DNA of 64,000 nucleotides. Origin: Takakia lepidozioides (lineage: Eukaryota; Plantae; Bryophyta). This document shows, in pieces, positions 11,185 to 23,400 of this stretch (position 1 is its first letter; every line of letters begins with the position of its first letter). The position numbers and the translations under genes are program-made. The notes under the pieces were generated by a model that saw only the letters and a program-made list of their open reading frames with translations, ran no database searches and had not been told where the DNA came from. The stretch is from assembly GCA_030704615.1 (NCBI GenBank), contig CM060732.1, forward strand, positions 18,910,001-18,974,000, read 5' to 3'.

Positions 11185-12860
11185 GAACCAGATGTTGGAC
11201 CTACAGTCACCGGAGGAGAGAGGCGGAGGATCCAACGATTTCTAAGGGCTTATAGAAATAGCTTTGCCTTCGGTTTGAAGGATTTGGGGAGTTTGAAGGG
11301 CCAGGAGATTCGTATTGATTTGGCAAGTGACACGCCAATTTTTCGAAGGCCCTACAGGTATAGTGATATGGAGAGGTCTTTGATCCAGTCACGGACTATG
11401 AAGTTGTTCGAAGCTAGATTGGTGGAGTTGTCAGGCGGGGAGTATGCCTCGGCAACGGTGATGCCAGCTAAGAAGGATATCTATGGCAATTGGACAGAAA
11501 GAATGATGTGTGGGGACTACCGTCCTGTGAACCGTCAGACTAAGTCCGATAGATATGCCATGCCAACTCCAGATGAGATCTTTGATGCCATTGGGCATGC
11601 AAAGGTGTTTAGCACATTGGACTTGCGATCCGGTTACCACCAGTTGCCAATCAAAGAGGCTGACAAGCAAAAGACGACATTATGGGGGATTGACCAACAT
11701 GGGAAGGATTGCTTGTACCAATGGCGGTTCCTACCGTTTGTTGAAGAAAGCTCCTGCAGAGTTTCAGAGGGTCATGGATAGGATTCTTGCGGGGCTAGAC
11801 TTCGCCCGGTGCCACATTGATGACATCATCATCTTTAGTGCTACGATTGAGGAGCATGAGAGAGACCTTTAGATGGTGTTTGAGCGCTTGAGAGCGCATG
11901 GGTTGAAATTGCACCTTGGGAAGTGCAAGTTCTTCCACAACCAGATTGAGTATCTGGGCCACATGATATAACCTGGAGGATTGGGTGTTCAAAAGACAAA
12001 GGTAGAGGTCATTGCACGCATTCCACGCCCCATCGATGTTAGCGGAGTTCGTGCTTTCATGGGGTTGGCAAATTACTATCGACGGTTTGTCAAGGGATTT
12101 AACAGCATTGCAAAGGCTCTTATCAAGTTGACCAAGGTGGGTCAGGAGTGGCAGTGGGAGGAGAAGCAGGAGGAAGCCTTTGAGGAACTCAAGGCTTGAT
12201 TGACTTCTGCGCCTATTCTAAGGCGGCCTATTCGGAGGCGGTCTTTCCAGGTACATACGGATTGGAGTATGCTGGGGATTGGGGCAGTGCTCACACAGGT
12301 GGATGATGAGGGAAGAGAGTTCGTAGTGGCATATGCTAGCCGCTCGAACAATGATGCCGAGGCGAAGTATAGTTCCTATGAAGGGGAGTGTTTAGCTGCA
12401 GTATGGGCAGTGACACATTTTAGATGCTACCTCTATGGCAATCTCTTCACCCTTGTCATGGATCCCAACCATTGAAGTGGTTGATGGAGTCAGACAAGCT
12501 TACAGGGAAGCTTGCACGGTGTGCACTTATGCTTCAAGAGTACGACTTCCAAGTGGTGCATCGAACCGGAATAGTCAACCGGGATGCGGATGGATTGAGT
12601 CGCAATCCATGCACAATGAGCTTGATGATACAAGAGCTCGTTGGCATGGTGAGACGGACGAGGAGATGGTGCCAGGATGGCACGCATCTGTTTTTTTATG
12701 CATTCTAGCAATGAGAGTTTAAGCTGGTCCATCCCATATGATTGGTCATAGAGATAGGGTGCATGACGATCCAGAGATCAGTGAGGAGCTTGGTGGTGCT
12801 AAGGATGTACATGAAGATGCAGTTGTGTTGGCCTACCTTCGTACTAGAGAGACAGCGTTT
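11185..12860 (+). pseudogene. Reverse transcriptase and RNase H of the DNMT-bearing gypsy element
   Basis: ORF pieces 11275-11781, 11555-11872, 11981-12199, 12200-12475 and 12424-12708 carry gypsy RT/RH motifs with frameshifts and stops. Confidence 0.92.
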
Positions 12861-13022
12861 GTAAGATAACATTCTTATTTTAGACAGGACGATACCGTCA
12901 GTTTAAATGACACCAGTTCTTAAACGAGTGAACGCATATCCATAGCGTTCACGTGGAATGAGAAATGACGGCGGGCTAGAGTAGAGCCTCCTTTCACTAC
13001 TGTTTTCTTTTGTTTTTTGTAG

Positions 13023-13545
13023 CCTTCAAAGTCCTCTTGTTCTTTGACCATTGAATTTTTACGAGCAAGGCTCTTGTCAGAGCGTGCTTCATCAAAGGCT
13101 GCAAGAGATCGTAATGTGCAGCTCAGAAAAAAGGTGTGGACTTTCATTTCTATCAAGACCGGATCAAACTGGATTATAAGGAGTTGTATTTTGCTTCTTA
13201 TGGAATAAAATTGTGCTACTTGGTTTGCGCATAGTTTATTGGTGCTTTCTTTCATTGAATGCTTGAGGATAGACGTAACATGTAATCCAATCATCGACTG
13301 GAAGTACTTTGATGGTCAACAGCAGGAAAGCTTAGCTTTCACAACCCAAAATACTAGTGCGTGAGATGGACGGTTGTCATTTTTGGTTAAATGCTATGGT
13401 GCTTGTGGCTGTAAGGTTACAATTCTTAGTCTCTGACTATAATTTCAGGTGGCTGAGCTGGAGCATAAATTAGAACATGAAATCGAATTGAGGAAAAAGA
13501 CTAAAGCAGCTGCAGATGAAGCTTTGTCAAAGCTTAAAAGTGCAG
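13023..13545 (+). pseudogene. Two-exon fragment of a conserved uncharacterised plant coiled-coil protein gene
   Basis: Exons 13023-13133 and 13449-13545 have AG/GT borders and splice in frame: PSKSSCSLTIEFLRARLLSERASSKAARDRNVQLRKK|VAELEHKLEHEIELRKKTKAAADEALSKLKSA. I recall the TIEFLRARLLSER motif from a plant-specific family (not verified by search). Confidence 0.7.
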
Positions 13546-13589
13546 GTCCGGGCCTGAACTTGACCAATGTGGGCAGTTGTTAATTTATC

Positions 13590-14160
13590 ATGTCAAGTTC
13601 ATGTAATAGTGGATTAGGGCACCTGCTTGCTCGACTTGTGCAACCTACACTTGGTCAACTCATTCTTCTAATTTCTAAATGCCAAAACTGGAAAAACAAA
13701 GGTTCCTTCAATCTACTTCTGAATGCCCTTGGAGCGACTGATGTTATCAAAAGATTGAAAATTTCAAGATCCATGCCTGAACCCTTCAGTATCAAGGCAT
13801 CATTGTATGCGGATGATACTATGCTTCTGATTGACAATAGCTCCTAGCTTAATGTCTCTGAGACGCTGGAAGCTCTTCAATTGTTCTGCAAAGCCTCCGG
13901 TCTCCGACTTAATTGGTCCAAATCAGTCGTTATACTATCCAAGCTGGATCCAAATTTGGAAGTGGTTGTGGGTTCAAACCACCAATTGGTGTCACAAAGG
14001 TGTCCATGTTCCCGCCAAAAGGTACTAGCCCTTGGGGGTCAAGAGACAACATCATTTACGCTTCCTTCGGGAGGCATCATGCTTTTATCCGGTTTTAGAG
14101 TTTCAGAGATACCTACTCCCTCTTCATCATCATTCATATCTTGGTCTATGAGAAAAAGCT
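13590..14160 (+). mobile_element. Degenerate L1-like non-LTR RT fragment
   Basis: SLYADDTMLL followed by FCKASGLRLNWSKS, which are typical plant L1 RT motifs. Confidence 0.75.
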
Positions 14161-15008
14161 AAGTTCACCACATGAGGAGTATCCCAATAGAATAATAACT
14201 CATATGTTAGCCCAAAAACCAAGTTGTCGCCCAATGTTAATAGGCGCATACCTGTCAATACACCTTCAACTCAATGTTATTGCGTAGTTCAATTGAATTG
14301 CGCGCACGCGATTCAATTGAATTGTAATATGTATCTAATTATTATCGTATATATTATATATGTAAAATAATTATATGTTACAGATACATTATATACATGC
14401 CAATACTACATTTAACATTACGAATTTGAATGTGCACACGCTCTTCTGCCCTAATGTTTTTCCTTGCTCAAAGTTTTTCAATGAATTTTGGATTCATAGG
14501 TTGGTGCAACGTGATGCACTATTTTTGAAAACAAATTGGACAGATGAAGGAAGAATGGACAATACAGATTAGGAGTTTGGGGGATAGAAAAGATTTGTGA
14601 ATTTGAAAACGTGATGCTCATGGAGTAAACTGGAGGATAGAAATTGTCTCAACTGGTAGAATTGGTGATGATAGTGTTATCTAAGGAGAATAAGGTGGTC
14701 TAAGTAGGACAATTGAACGCATATGTTCATGAAAAAGAAACAGCGGGTTTATGATTTATGAATGTAGGATCTTTTGAACAAAGAAAATTTTAAGTGCACG
14801 ATCAAATTCGTATCTTCAAGAACAAACAATAGGAGTAATGTAAGAACTTAATGCATGTGTGCAATCTGGATGTAATTTCGCCGGATTCAGGCAGTATTGG
14901 ACCCTCCGGCAGGCCCCTTGTCAATTCTCCCCAGCCCCTCTTACCATGGATTCCCTATTATAGTACATATAAAAATGAAATGGTAATAGCTAATGAAAAT
15001 GTCAAAAC

Positions 15009-15787
15009 CAGTGTTGTACTGGTATGTCCATTTTGGCATACCCGACTCGTCCTGGTAGGTCCTGGTAGGTCCCAACTTGTCTGTTGGGTCCACCTGGTAG
15101 GGCCCGGGGTAGATCAGGATTGGCCAGGGTAGGTTATAGGATGGGTATGGGTATTTCGAATTTTGAGATACCTGGTCCTAGGCATGACAAAAACTCAAAT
15201 GACATACTGGGGCAGTATGTACAATGGTATGGTTATATTTTTAATGGATGGTATCTTTGACAATTACATTATATATTATGGTATTTTAAGGTTAACTTCA
15301 TGTTATTTTTACATATCTTTTATATTTGTACCCACGAACCCTGTTGTTCTTTATAAATTTATATTTTTGGTACATGGTTATTTTTGTACATGGTTATATT
15401 ATGGTGATCCATGTTGTAGTGGTCGGCATACATGATGCTAGCGGCTCAAATTAGTGATGCCAACGGCTGGGAGCCCAAAAATATAGTGCTATTTTTTACA
15501 TTGCACAAATGTGAATGAGGATAAGCACAAAAAAATTGTATCATTACACATACCCATTCTAGCTTGGGTTCATCAATCCTCAATACGGGTCTCAAGCCGA
15601 GTATGAAAATAGTTCATACTTAGACTCGTATGGTAGGTATGGGGGTAGGCCCAATGTTCAAGACCCGGGGTCCAGGGTATAGCCGGGGTATACGCCCCAA
15701 GACATACCCAACTGGTATGTTCTACAATACCCTTATTCATACCAGTGCACATACCCCGGCCGACTGGCACATACCAATACAACATTG
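15009..15787. mobile_element. hAT-type MITE
   Basis: TIRs CAGTGTTGTACTGGTATGT and reverse complement CAATGTTGTATTGGTATGT; perfect 8-bp TSD GTCAAAAC at 15001-15008 and 15788-15795. Confidence 0.88.
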
Positions 15788-15795
15788 GTCAAAAC

Positions 15796-15959
15796 CAGTG
15801 TTGTGTGGGTCTGGGTTTTGACCAGTGTTGGACCGGTCTTGGGCGGGTATCAACTAGGGTAAGGGTAATGGTATGAAGGATCATACCAGGCGGGTACCTG
15901 CAAGGGCAAAACCTAGCAATACCCTGGTGGGGTAGGATACATGGACTTCTAAAACCCTG
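15796..15959. mobile_element. Second short hAT-type MITE abutting the first
   Basis: Begins CAGTGTTGTG directly after the TSD, ends ...AAAACCCTG, and is followed by GTGTAAAAC (degenerate copy of the target). Confidence 0.5.
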
Positions 15960-16799
15960 GTGTAAAACATACCAGTCGGGTCTTCATCCTCGCGCTACCA
16001 CTCCAATACCATGTATGCGTCGGTTGAGGGACAGGTTGCAGGGGTAGGGTCTAGGGTAGTTTGAGGTTAAGGATACTAAGTACATATAGCGTTTTCAAGA
16101 GGGCACTTCAATGAGGATGAGTTATATGATGCTAATATGTTTGAAGAGTAGATGAAATGCAATCTGTTAGTTTCTGCGAGTGATAAAGAAGAGTTAGGGG
16201 CCATTTAGGATATTTTTCAATATTGAAATGGGCCATTTGAACAGTTGAAATGGCGCATGTGATCTCTGACAAGACATGTAGGCTAGTTCCGACATGTCAA
16301 ATCTTCCCCACCTCCTCTTGCGGATGGAATGGGATGACACCGGAACAGGGTTACACCGAAGTAATGGGATGACACGCAAAGGAGTGTTGCTCCACTCAGT
16401 AATTCTCACTTGGAGTTACAGCTGGCTTTGAAATTTAATTAATTTCAAATTTGGCTAAGTATAAAATGTATTATGAGGAGAACTTATACCAGACGAATGG
16501 TGACACAAACCTTAGAAACCGAGGATGACACTACCACCCATCAAGAATCAAACCCTACACCTCATTGCCTCCTTTACCATCATCTTACCAATAGACTACT
16601 AACCACTTTTTGACAATCTCTCGCATTCTAAAGTACTTTTTAGTGAATATGGGATAAAACGAGGTGGGAAGGATTTGACAAGGAGCCCGCCAGATAAGCC
16701 TAAATTCGGTGAAAGTACCATCAGATCGCATGCCTGCAATAAGTTCTTATATTCTTATTGTTTTCCACATAAATATATTTCCAATGAAAATGAAAGAAA

Positions 16800-17524
16800 T
16801 GTTGAACTTTTTGTAAAATTTGAACATTAGTCCCTGGCCAGAAGTTGTCAATAGTCAATTGGTACATAGTGCGGAGCAACGCACAGCCCTAGTTCTAATG
16901 ATGACCAGTCGGAGACTAGTTTTAGTGGGGGGTGCCATAGTGACACGTCATCATCAGCCATGTCATCATCGTCATTTTCTAAGCTCCTCATCTGTCATTT
17001 CCTCAATGGACATGTTCTGCAAAGTGGAAAACACACTTCAGAATATCAAAGAGGTTACAACACCACAGAAAAAAAAAAAAAACTGAATGTTGAAAATCTT
17101 TCTTGTGAATCTGCTCTAATATCATTTTCGTGCATTTTTTTTAATCTTCCCAAAAGAGAGAGAGAGAGGAAAAGAAAACTGAATTTTGAAAATATTTTTT
17201 GTAAATTTGCTCTAATATCGTTTTCTGAGTTCAGTTTCTGAATTACTAATATATTATGATAAAATATATATAAAACATATACTATTAATGAAAATAGCTA
17301 ATAAAACAATCATTATAGAACCCACACTTCAAAGGAGCGGTAGCCATAACATGAAGTGGCTATTAGTTACGGCACCTCTAGCCGGAGTCTTTTCTCTCCA
17401 TAATAAAAACAGTACAATTAATTGATTGAATATTTTTATTTTAGAATTTATCAATTAATTTGTAAAACTTGAACATTGTTCTCAAAAGTTGTTACCAGTA
17501 GTGCGGAGTAACGCACAGCCCTAG
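16800..17524 (+). mobile_element. Two tandem non-autonomous Helitron 3' ends
   Basis: Hairpin GTGCG-GAG(C/T)AA-CGCAC followed by AGCCCTAG|T, ending at 16892 and again at 17524, each preceded by TTGTAAAA(T/C)TTGAACATT. Confidence 0.7.
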
Positions 17525-17798
17525 TACTTTAGAATGCAAGAAATTGCCAAGTAGCCGTAAGCAGTTTGCTGGTAAGGTGGTGGCAGTGCGGTGACCTGTT
17601 GGGTTCCATCCCCAAAAGGTGGCTAGTGTAACTTGGGTCACCTTTTGTGTCTTGTGTAACTCCTCTTGGTACATTTTATACTTAGTCAACTTTAGACTTA
17701 GTCAAATTTGGAGACCAAATGTGAGTTACACTCCCTTCTATGTAACCTAGTATTGTCACCCGAATGTTCCTGCTAGAGATTGCACATATGCATTACGT

Positions 17799-18507
17799 TC
17801 TTATATCAATATATGAAGCGAGATGTTTGTTTTGTTTTGTTTTGTTTTATAGCGTCGTTGAGATCTCCCCAACCGCGGGGCCCAGCGCGGGTGCTTGGTG
17901 CCATTGGAAAGCCCTCAATGAGGAGGTGTGCACCGGCTTGGTCTCATGATTTTTGGACCTGCGGTGTGGAAGATGTGGAATTTCAAGTGCTTTCAACGGT
18001 CTCTGGAAATTCGGGAAAAATTAGCAAAGTGGATATATTAATATATGAAGCCTGTGACACCATAAGTTACGCTTGCTTCGGCAACGCGTCCAAATTTAAA
18101 AATATATATATATGAAGCCCCGACATGGGAGATTGCAAAAATAGCAAAGTGAGCTTTGGTGGAACAATGACATGGAGATCTCCCAAACTGTAGGGTCTCT
18201 GGATGCATAGGGGATTGCATACATAGGAGATTGCACTTGGGCTTAGATGACAGTGGACATTTTGGGCCTCTACACGGGAGATGCATTTGGATACATAGAA
18301 GATTTCACTTGGGCTTAGATGGGTCTTGACATAGGAGACGTACTCGGATACATAGGAAATTGCACTTGGTCTTAGATTTCATAGGCTACCCTAGATGTCG
18401 CACTTGGGCCTCGACATATGATTTGACGCTCTTGGATACATAGGGGATTGCACTTGGACTTAGCTGCTGATACTGGACACTTGGGCCAACGGCACAGGCT
18501 ACCCTAG
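17799..18507 (+). mobile_element. Non-autonomous Helitron-like element with internal tandem repeats
   Basis: 5' TCTTATATCAATATATGAAGC (ATATATGAAGC recurs at ~18041 and ~18108), GGATACATAGG..ATTGCACTTGG repeats at 18200-18480, and 3' GGGCCAACGGCACAGGCTACCCTAG|T. Confidence 0.55.
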
Positions 18508-20497
18508 TTATGCCAAGTGTTCTCCATTTTTAAATATAGTATTGCCATGTGTATAACATATCTGTAATGACATATAATTTTTTATGGGTATACATAATAT
18601 ATACGATGATAAATTATTAAATACATATTCCAATTGAGTTCAGTGTGCGCGCAATTCAATTGAACTGCCCATTAAAATGGAGCTCAAGGTGTTTTGGCCA
18701 GTTCAATGGACTTGCAACGATCACTGGTGGTGGTTGGAAAGAGACAAATTTGTGCGTAACTCCAAGCTGCAGACAACCTCAATTTGCGAGCCCGGTTTGG
18801 TTTAGATCCAAGATTGAATGGCATGGTCCTTTAGGAATTAATTGGTATGAAGATGGAATCGTTTTACATCATGTAATTGCAGACTACTTCTTTTTGCATA
18901 GACAATAAGCATTTCATAATCGATCTACTTACATTGTACTATGTACAACTCCAGTACACGTTTTCGATTCTTCAATCCTAGCTGCTTTCTTTGCAAAAAT
19001 CAACCACTTTTCAAATGGAAATAGGTATGTTTTGTCGCACTGTAAAAACCCGCACAGAAATTCCCTCCTTACCTTCTCGACAGGAGAGGAGGTACCTTAC
19101 GCGGCAAATTCGTAAGGTGACGATTTCGGGGGCCCCATGAGGGGACACGTTGGTTTTTTACGCCGGTGGAGTCAAGGGCAGCTGATCATATGAGGCCCTT
19201 CCCCTATACATCACCCACTTTGAAAACATGAGTTATGTACAGTGCATTGAATTCTGGGCGATAGAGAGTCCAGTACCTCTAGCATCTTCATCATCACTTC
19301 GGTTGCAACTTCTTCCTCTTTCCAGCGATCGAGTACTCGTCAAATATGAAGAAACTGATTCTAACTTTTCTAAGAAGATAAAAACGGCAGTGTGTGAGAT
19401 CAGGGCCTGATAGGAACCCACAAACGATGACTGCACCACCATCTCTGACACTGTTTGCAAACCCTTCTGCCCCACACGTCACCCATAGGCCTTGAGCTTA
19501 ATCCAATACTGATACAAAGAAGTCCATGGCTCTCCAAGGCCATTTGTCTCATATATTACTCAAGTTTCCTTACTGTTGACATTGCCTTTGCCAATCGCTT
19601 GTTGCGAGGTCCAAGAGGCAGGTCTCCAGCTGTGTAACATGGAGGGGATCCCTGAAAACGAAATTGTTCCTGAGAGAGAGATATCTTTAACTAAGGGTGG
19701 TTCCTCCACCTGTCTACAAGATGCTGCTATGTTGCATGCTAGTGGTGCTTCCCACAAGAATGAACAGCTGTGCTCAGTTGGCATGTATCTAAATACCGGT
19801 ACCCCTTTTAATTTCAAGCATATTGGCTTCCGCTGATTCTCTAATTGTTCCATATGGTTGGTCTAATGATGACTATCTTAGGATAGAGGTGGTAGGGATA
19901 GCTAAGGTAGGTGTACTGTAATAGCCATTGGTAGCATAGCCTCTCATGACAGTCTTCTGAGTGCAAAAGGTTTGGCATGTGGGGGTTGGGCTCTACAGCA
20001 ATCAGAGATCAAGAATGCTCAAGACACAACTACAATGAATCCTCCTGCCTAATGTTTCCTGATTCAGAGTCTAAAACATGAAGGCATGGACAACTGGAGG
20101 AAACCTTCCCTTTCCTTACCTTAAGGTAGATAGCTATTGAGAAGTGATATTGGCATGTCACTTGCATAGACATTCTCAGGTACAAACATAAAGCATCCTT
20201 ACCAAACTGATCTGTAGTTCTAATGGCAGAGAACTTCTTAAAAAAGAGGACCAGCATAAAGCTTTGCATTGGTCAGAAAAATTCTACAAAATTTATGGGA
20301 CATCAAGGAGATCATTGGATTGAAGTGAATTGCTACCCTCCGATGCACTCTGGATTCCTTCCTCTGTTTTCTTCAACAATGCCTCCCATGTGCATTAGGG
20401 GAAGGTGGAAAAGGATTCGCATGAAGACCTGCTAGGCCTGTGGCTATGGTGGTGGTCACAGGGACGACATCATCGTGGTCAAGAGAGATGCAGACAG

Positions 20498-23400
20498 TTA
20501 GAGCTCTGCAGCTGACTCTCTATCCACAGAGTTTGCAATCTCTGTTGCTTCAATGCTAATGCTTCGCCCTACTGCAACCACTCTTTCCATCATCTCTGAC
20601 CTATGTCTAAGAACGGGTGCTGCAGGCTGGGTGCCCGTGTCAAGGGGTTCTTGGACCTGTATTCTTGCGGTAAACTCACGTGCCTCCTCATCAAGTGCAG
20701 GCCACTCAGCCACAATACGTCTTGCTCCCTGCGAAAAAGGTACGAGCATGGCTCAGCGAATCGTGGGGGTGCATCAAAAGGTTCAGAATATCTAAAAGTA
20801 GTGGTCACCTAAATCACCGAAGGGATCTGAAGCAGGTTACCCGTGCCCCCCCCCCAACTGCGCGGTTTGCCAGCCAGAGAGACGTTCCTGCTACGATTCT
20901 GCCCAGAGAGTATAGCTCCGTTTACATCTGTACGGTCAACCCACTTACTCTTCAAGGAAAAACTTAGGGGAGACTAAGCCATTGAGAGGGAAATTCAGTG
21001 TTTCAACAAAACTGGAAGGAAGGGTCACAAGGAGACAGACATAACGATAATCAGATACTCACCTCCAGCTTTGGTTCTTTGGTCATGGGGTTGTTGCAGA
21101 GGTCAATAGTCTTGGCCTGGGCCTTGGTGGCATTCCCACACCAAGATTCACACCATAGCCACTGCTGCGGCAGCGAAAAAATTGGCACGGTGTGCTGAGC
21201 ATAGTTTGGGAGATCCTGCATGGACGATGTCCCTAGACTGTGAATAGACTGCATAGAAGTATTGAAACAACGGTTATCATTTCCAACATGCTGCATGGTC
21301 AGCTGTTGATTCAATCTACTTTGGGCAGCCACCAACAAGATAGATGTCATGGTCCTGGAAGATAGGACAATCCTTGAACAAATACTTGCCAATGACATGC
21401 TTTAGCCAAGATCTCACTCAGGGGGTGTCACTTGAGATTCATCCAGACAGGGGGAAGGAAGAACAGGTACAGCGAGAACGCTATTACGCTTTGAGACAAT
21501 CTTAAGCATGGCCTGTAGAACAGGCATGGTAACAAGGCAAGTAACATGTACAAAAGATCCAAAAGTATTGGGATACAAAATCTGAAATGACCTGATCCAG
21601 ATTGGAAAGGCTGTTGGGATCTTTGCTAAGACTTTCATAGAATACTCGCAAATTGTCTCCACCTGCTGATTGTCGAAGCTTAGCAAGGTCCACCACATAA
21701 AGTGCACTGTCCAAGCAGAGGTAGAATCCACACTATAATCAATATCATCAAATCACTGCTCCAATTTGCAATATCACAGGTTTCTGAATAGAATGTCAAC
21801 CAGCTGCTTCAACTGGTCACCAAAATTTTGTGCAGACGAATTTCAGCAGCACTTCAAACTACTCCAACCAGATTCCTTTTCATCATCCGCTTTTTCACAA
21901 AGCAAGAAATCAAGGAGGTGAAGAAATTGTCAAATAAAGTAAGGCTCAGGCATTTTGGTGATGCAAAAATATAGTTCTCAGTGGCTTGAAACCGGAAGGC
22001 TTCCTAGTCCCTATCCTCTGACAGGCCCAAGAGTGTGCTACACAGACATATATCAACAATACAACCACTGGAGTAAGTGAGCATGGGTTCTGTACCATCC
22101 ATTCCCTACATCTACTCCATTGCTAGAGTCACAAGGCACTTCAAAAGGAGACTGTAGAACAAAACACTTCCATTGATTGTCAATCGACACACCTGATGTG
22201 GTAGGGCTTCCCCCTTAGATGGTCCTTCCAAAAGCCCTAAATATCCATCCCTCCCAAAAGACATCATCTCAATCAGGCTTTCTGAAAAAAGAATGCAATG
22301 TAAAGACTAGCTGGTCATCCAACCCATTGCCCATGGATCACAATCTCAGTATATTGTTATCTTTCAGTCTGAATGTTTGAATATCTGAATGTTTCCTGGT
22401 TGCTTGCTTGGATCAGTCACTTGGCGCGCCAAGTGGTAAGTCAAGTTCCAGGTAGAGGTTCAACTACCCTGTCTCCTAGAAGGGCAGGCAAACAGATTGT
22501 CACGCTCTACTGATGACTAGTGTAAGTAGAGTATACCTGGCTCCAAAAGCGGTAACCATCCATGTCTTTATTGTTGTCACAGAAAGGCGTGTAGGCAAGG
22601 GGTCGTCCTCTAATGTCCATGTCATAGAGCTCCCCCATATCCGTTCGAACTATTTGATCAGCATCGACAAATATCACCTGAATACACCAACGTAGAGTAG
22701 ACAAACATTGCAATTGGCTCCCATCACAATTCAGGTGATACTGTGACCTTTACTGTTGGACTCCTGGACTTTCCAGGATATATTCTCAATGAGAGCAAAA
22801 CATAGAAAGAGCATTTAGTCTGGAACAACATTTAATTTGGAATCTGTGGCCTCTTGTGTTGATGTGGCTGTCATAGGTCTACAGATCAACGATACTGCCT
22901 GCTCACATTAGTGAAGATGCTTTGAGGCAATTACTGACTCATTAGGGTTACAGATGTATTCCTCAATCTTTAGCCTAGGGCAAGTTAAGCTTGAAGTGAA
23001 AAAATAACCAGAGTTATGACGCGAACTACAACAAACCATCTTCTGAAGGACAACAGACACAAAGGTCATACAAAATTCAGCTCACCTTTTTAAGAGAGAG
23101 GGGAAAAAGGACATCCAGGAACAAAATTTTGTAAGCCCAAATTATTCGCTGCTTCTCTGTTTGCTTGTGCAGCCATGAGGGCCATTTGTAGGTCACCAGA
23201 TCATATTCAAACCCATACTCAAGAGCCATGTGGGGTATGAGAACCTGTAGGCCCTCCCCCATCCCATCTCCATGAGCTACAATCCTAACAATCCCTACTA
23301 ACATCCCTCATACATTCCTACAGAAATCGCAAAGCACACCTAGACCTCAATGTGAGGTATCATTCTGGGCTAATCGAAAGTTGGCATGTGAGTAGCAATT

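Larger units (their letters stand above)
4098..12860 (+). mobile_element. Ty3/gypsy LTR retrotransposon carrying a C5 DNA methyltransferase; truncated before the integrase
   Basis: Long non-coding LTR-like leader starting TGTCATGG at 4098, then gag, two zinc knuckles, aspartic protease, DNMT, RT (YRPVN, LDLRSGYHQ, HIDDIII) and RNase H (VHTDWSMLGIGAVL, YASRS, EGECLAAVWAV, ADGLSR). Homology stops near 12860. Assigning 4098-~6600 to this element is inference. Confidence 0.88.
14282..18670. mobile_element. TIR DNA transposon relic (PIF/Harbinger-like) with nested insertions
   Basis: ~135-bp imperfect inverted repeats at ~14282-14420 (GCGTAGTTCAATTGAATTGCGCGCAC...) and ~18530-18670 (...GTGCGCGCAATTCAATTGAACTGCCC), with ATT on both flanks (14279-81, 18671-73). 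A very degenerate DDE_Tnp_4-like trace on the - strand at ~16200-16750 is weak support. Confidence 0.7.

Noticed and set aside
19038-19170. Small CACTG-ended MITE
   Set aside because: The inverted ends are too degenerate and no TSD is found.
19200-20450. Short ORFs downstream of UGGT as a separate gene
   Set aside because: No recognisable domain or consistent exon chain.
22415-22475. tRNA gene or SINE in a UGGT intron
   Set aside because: Weak A/B-box resemblance only and no cloverleaf.
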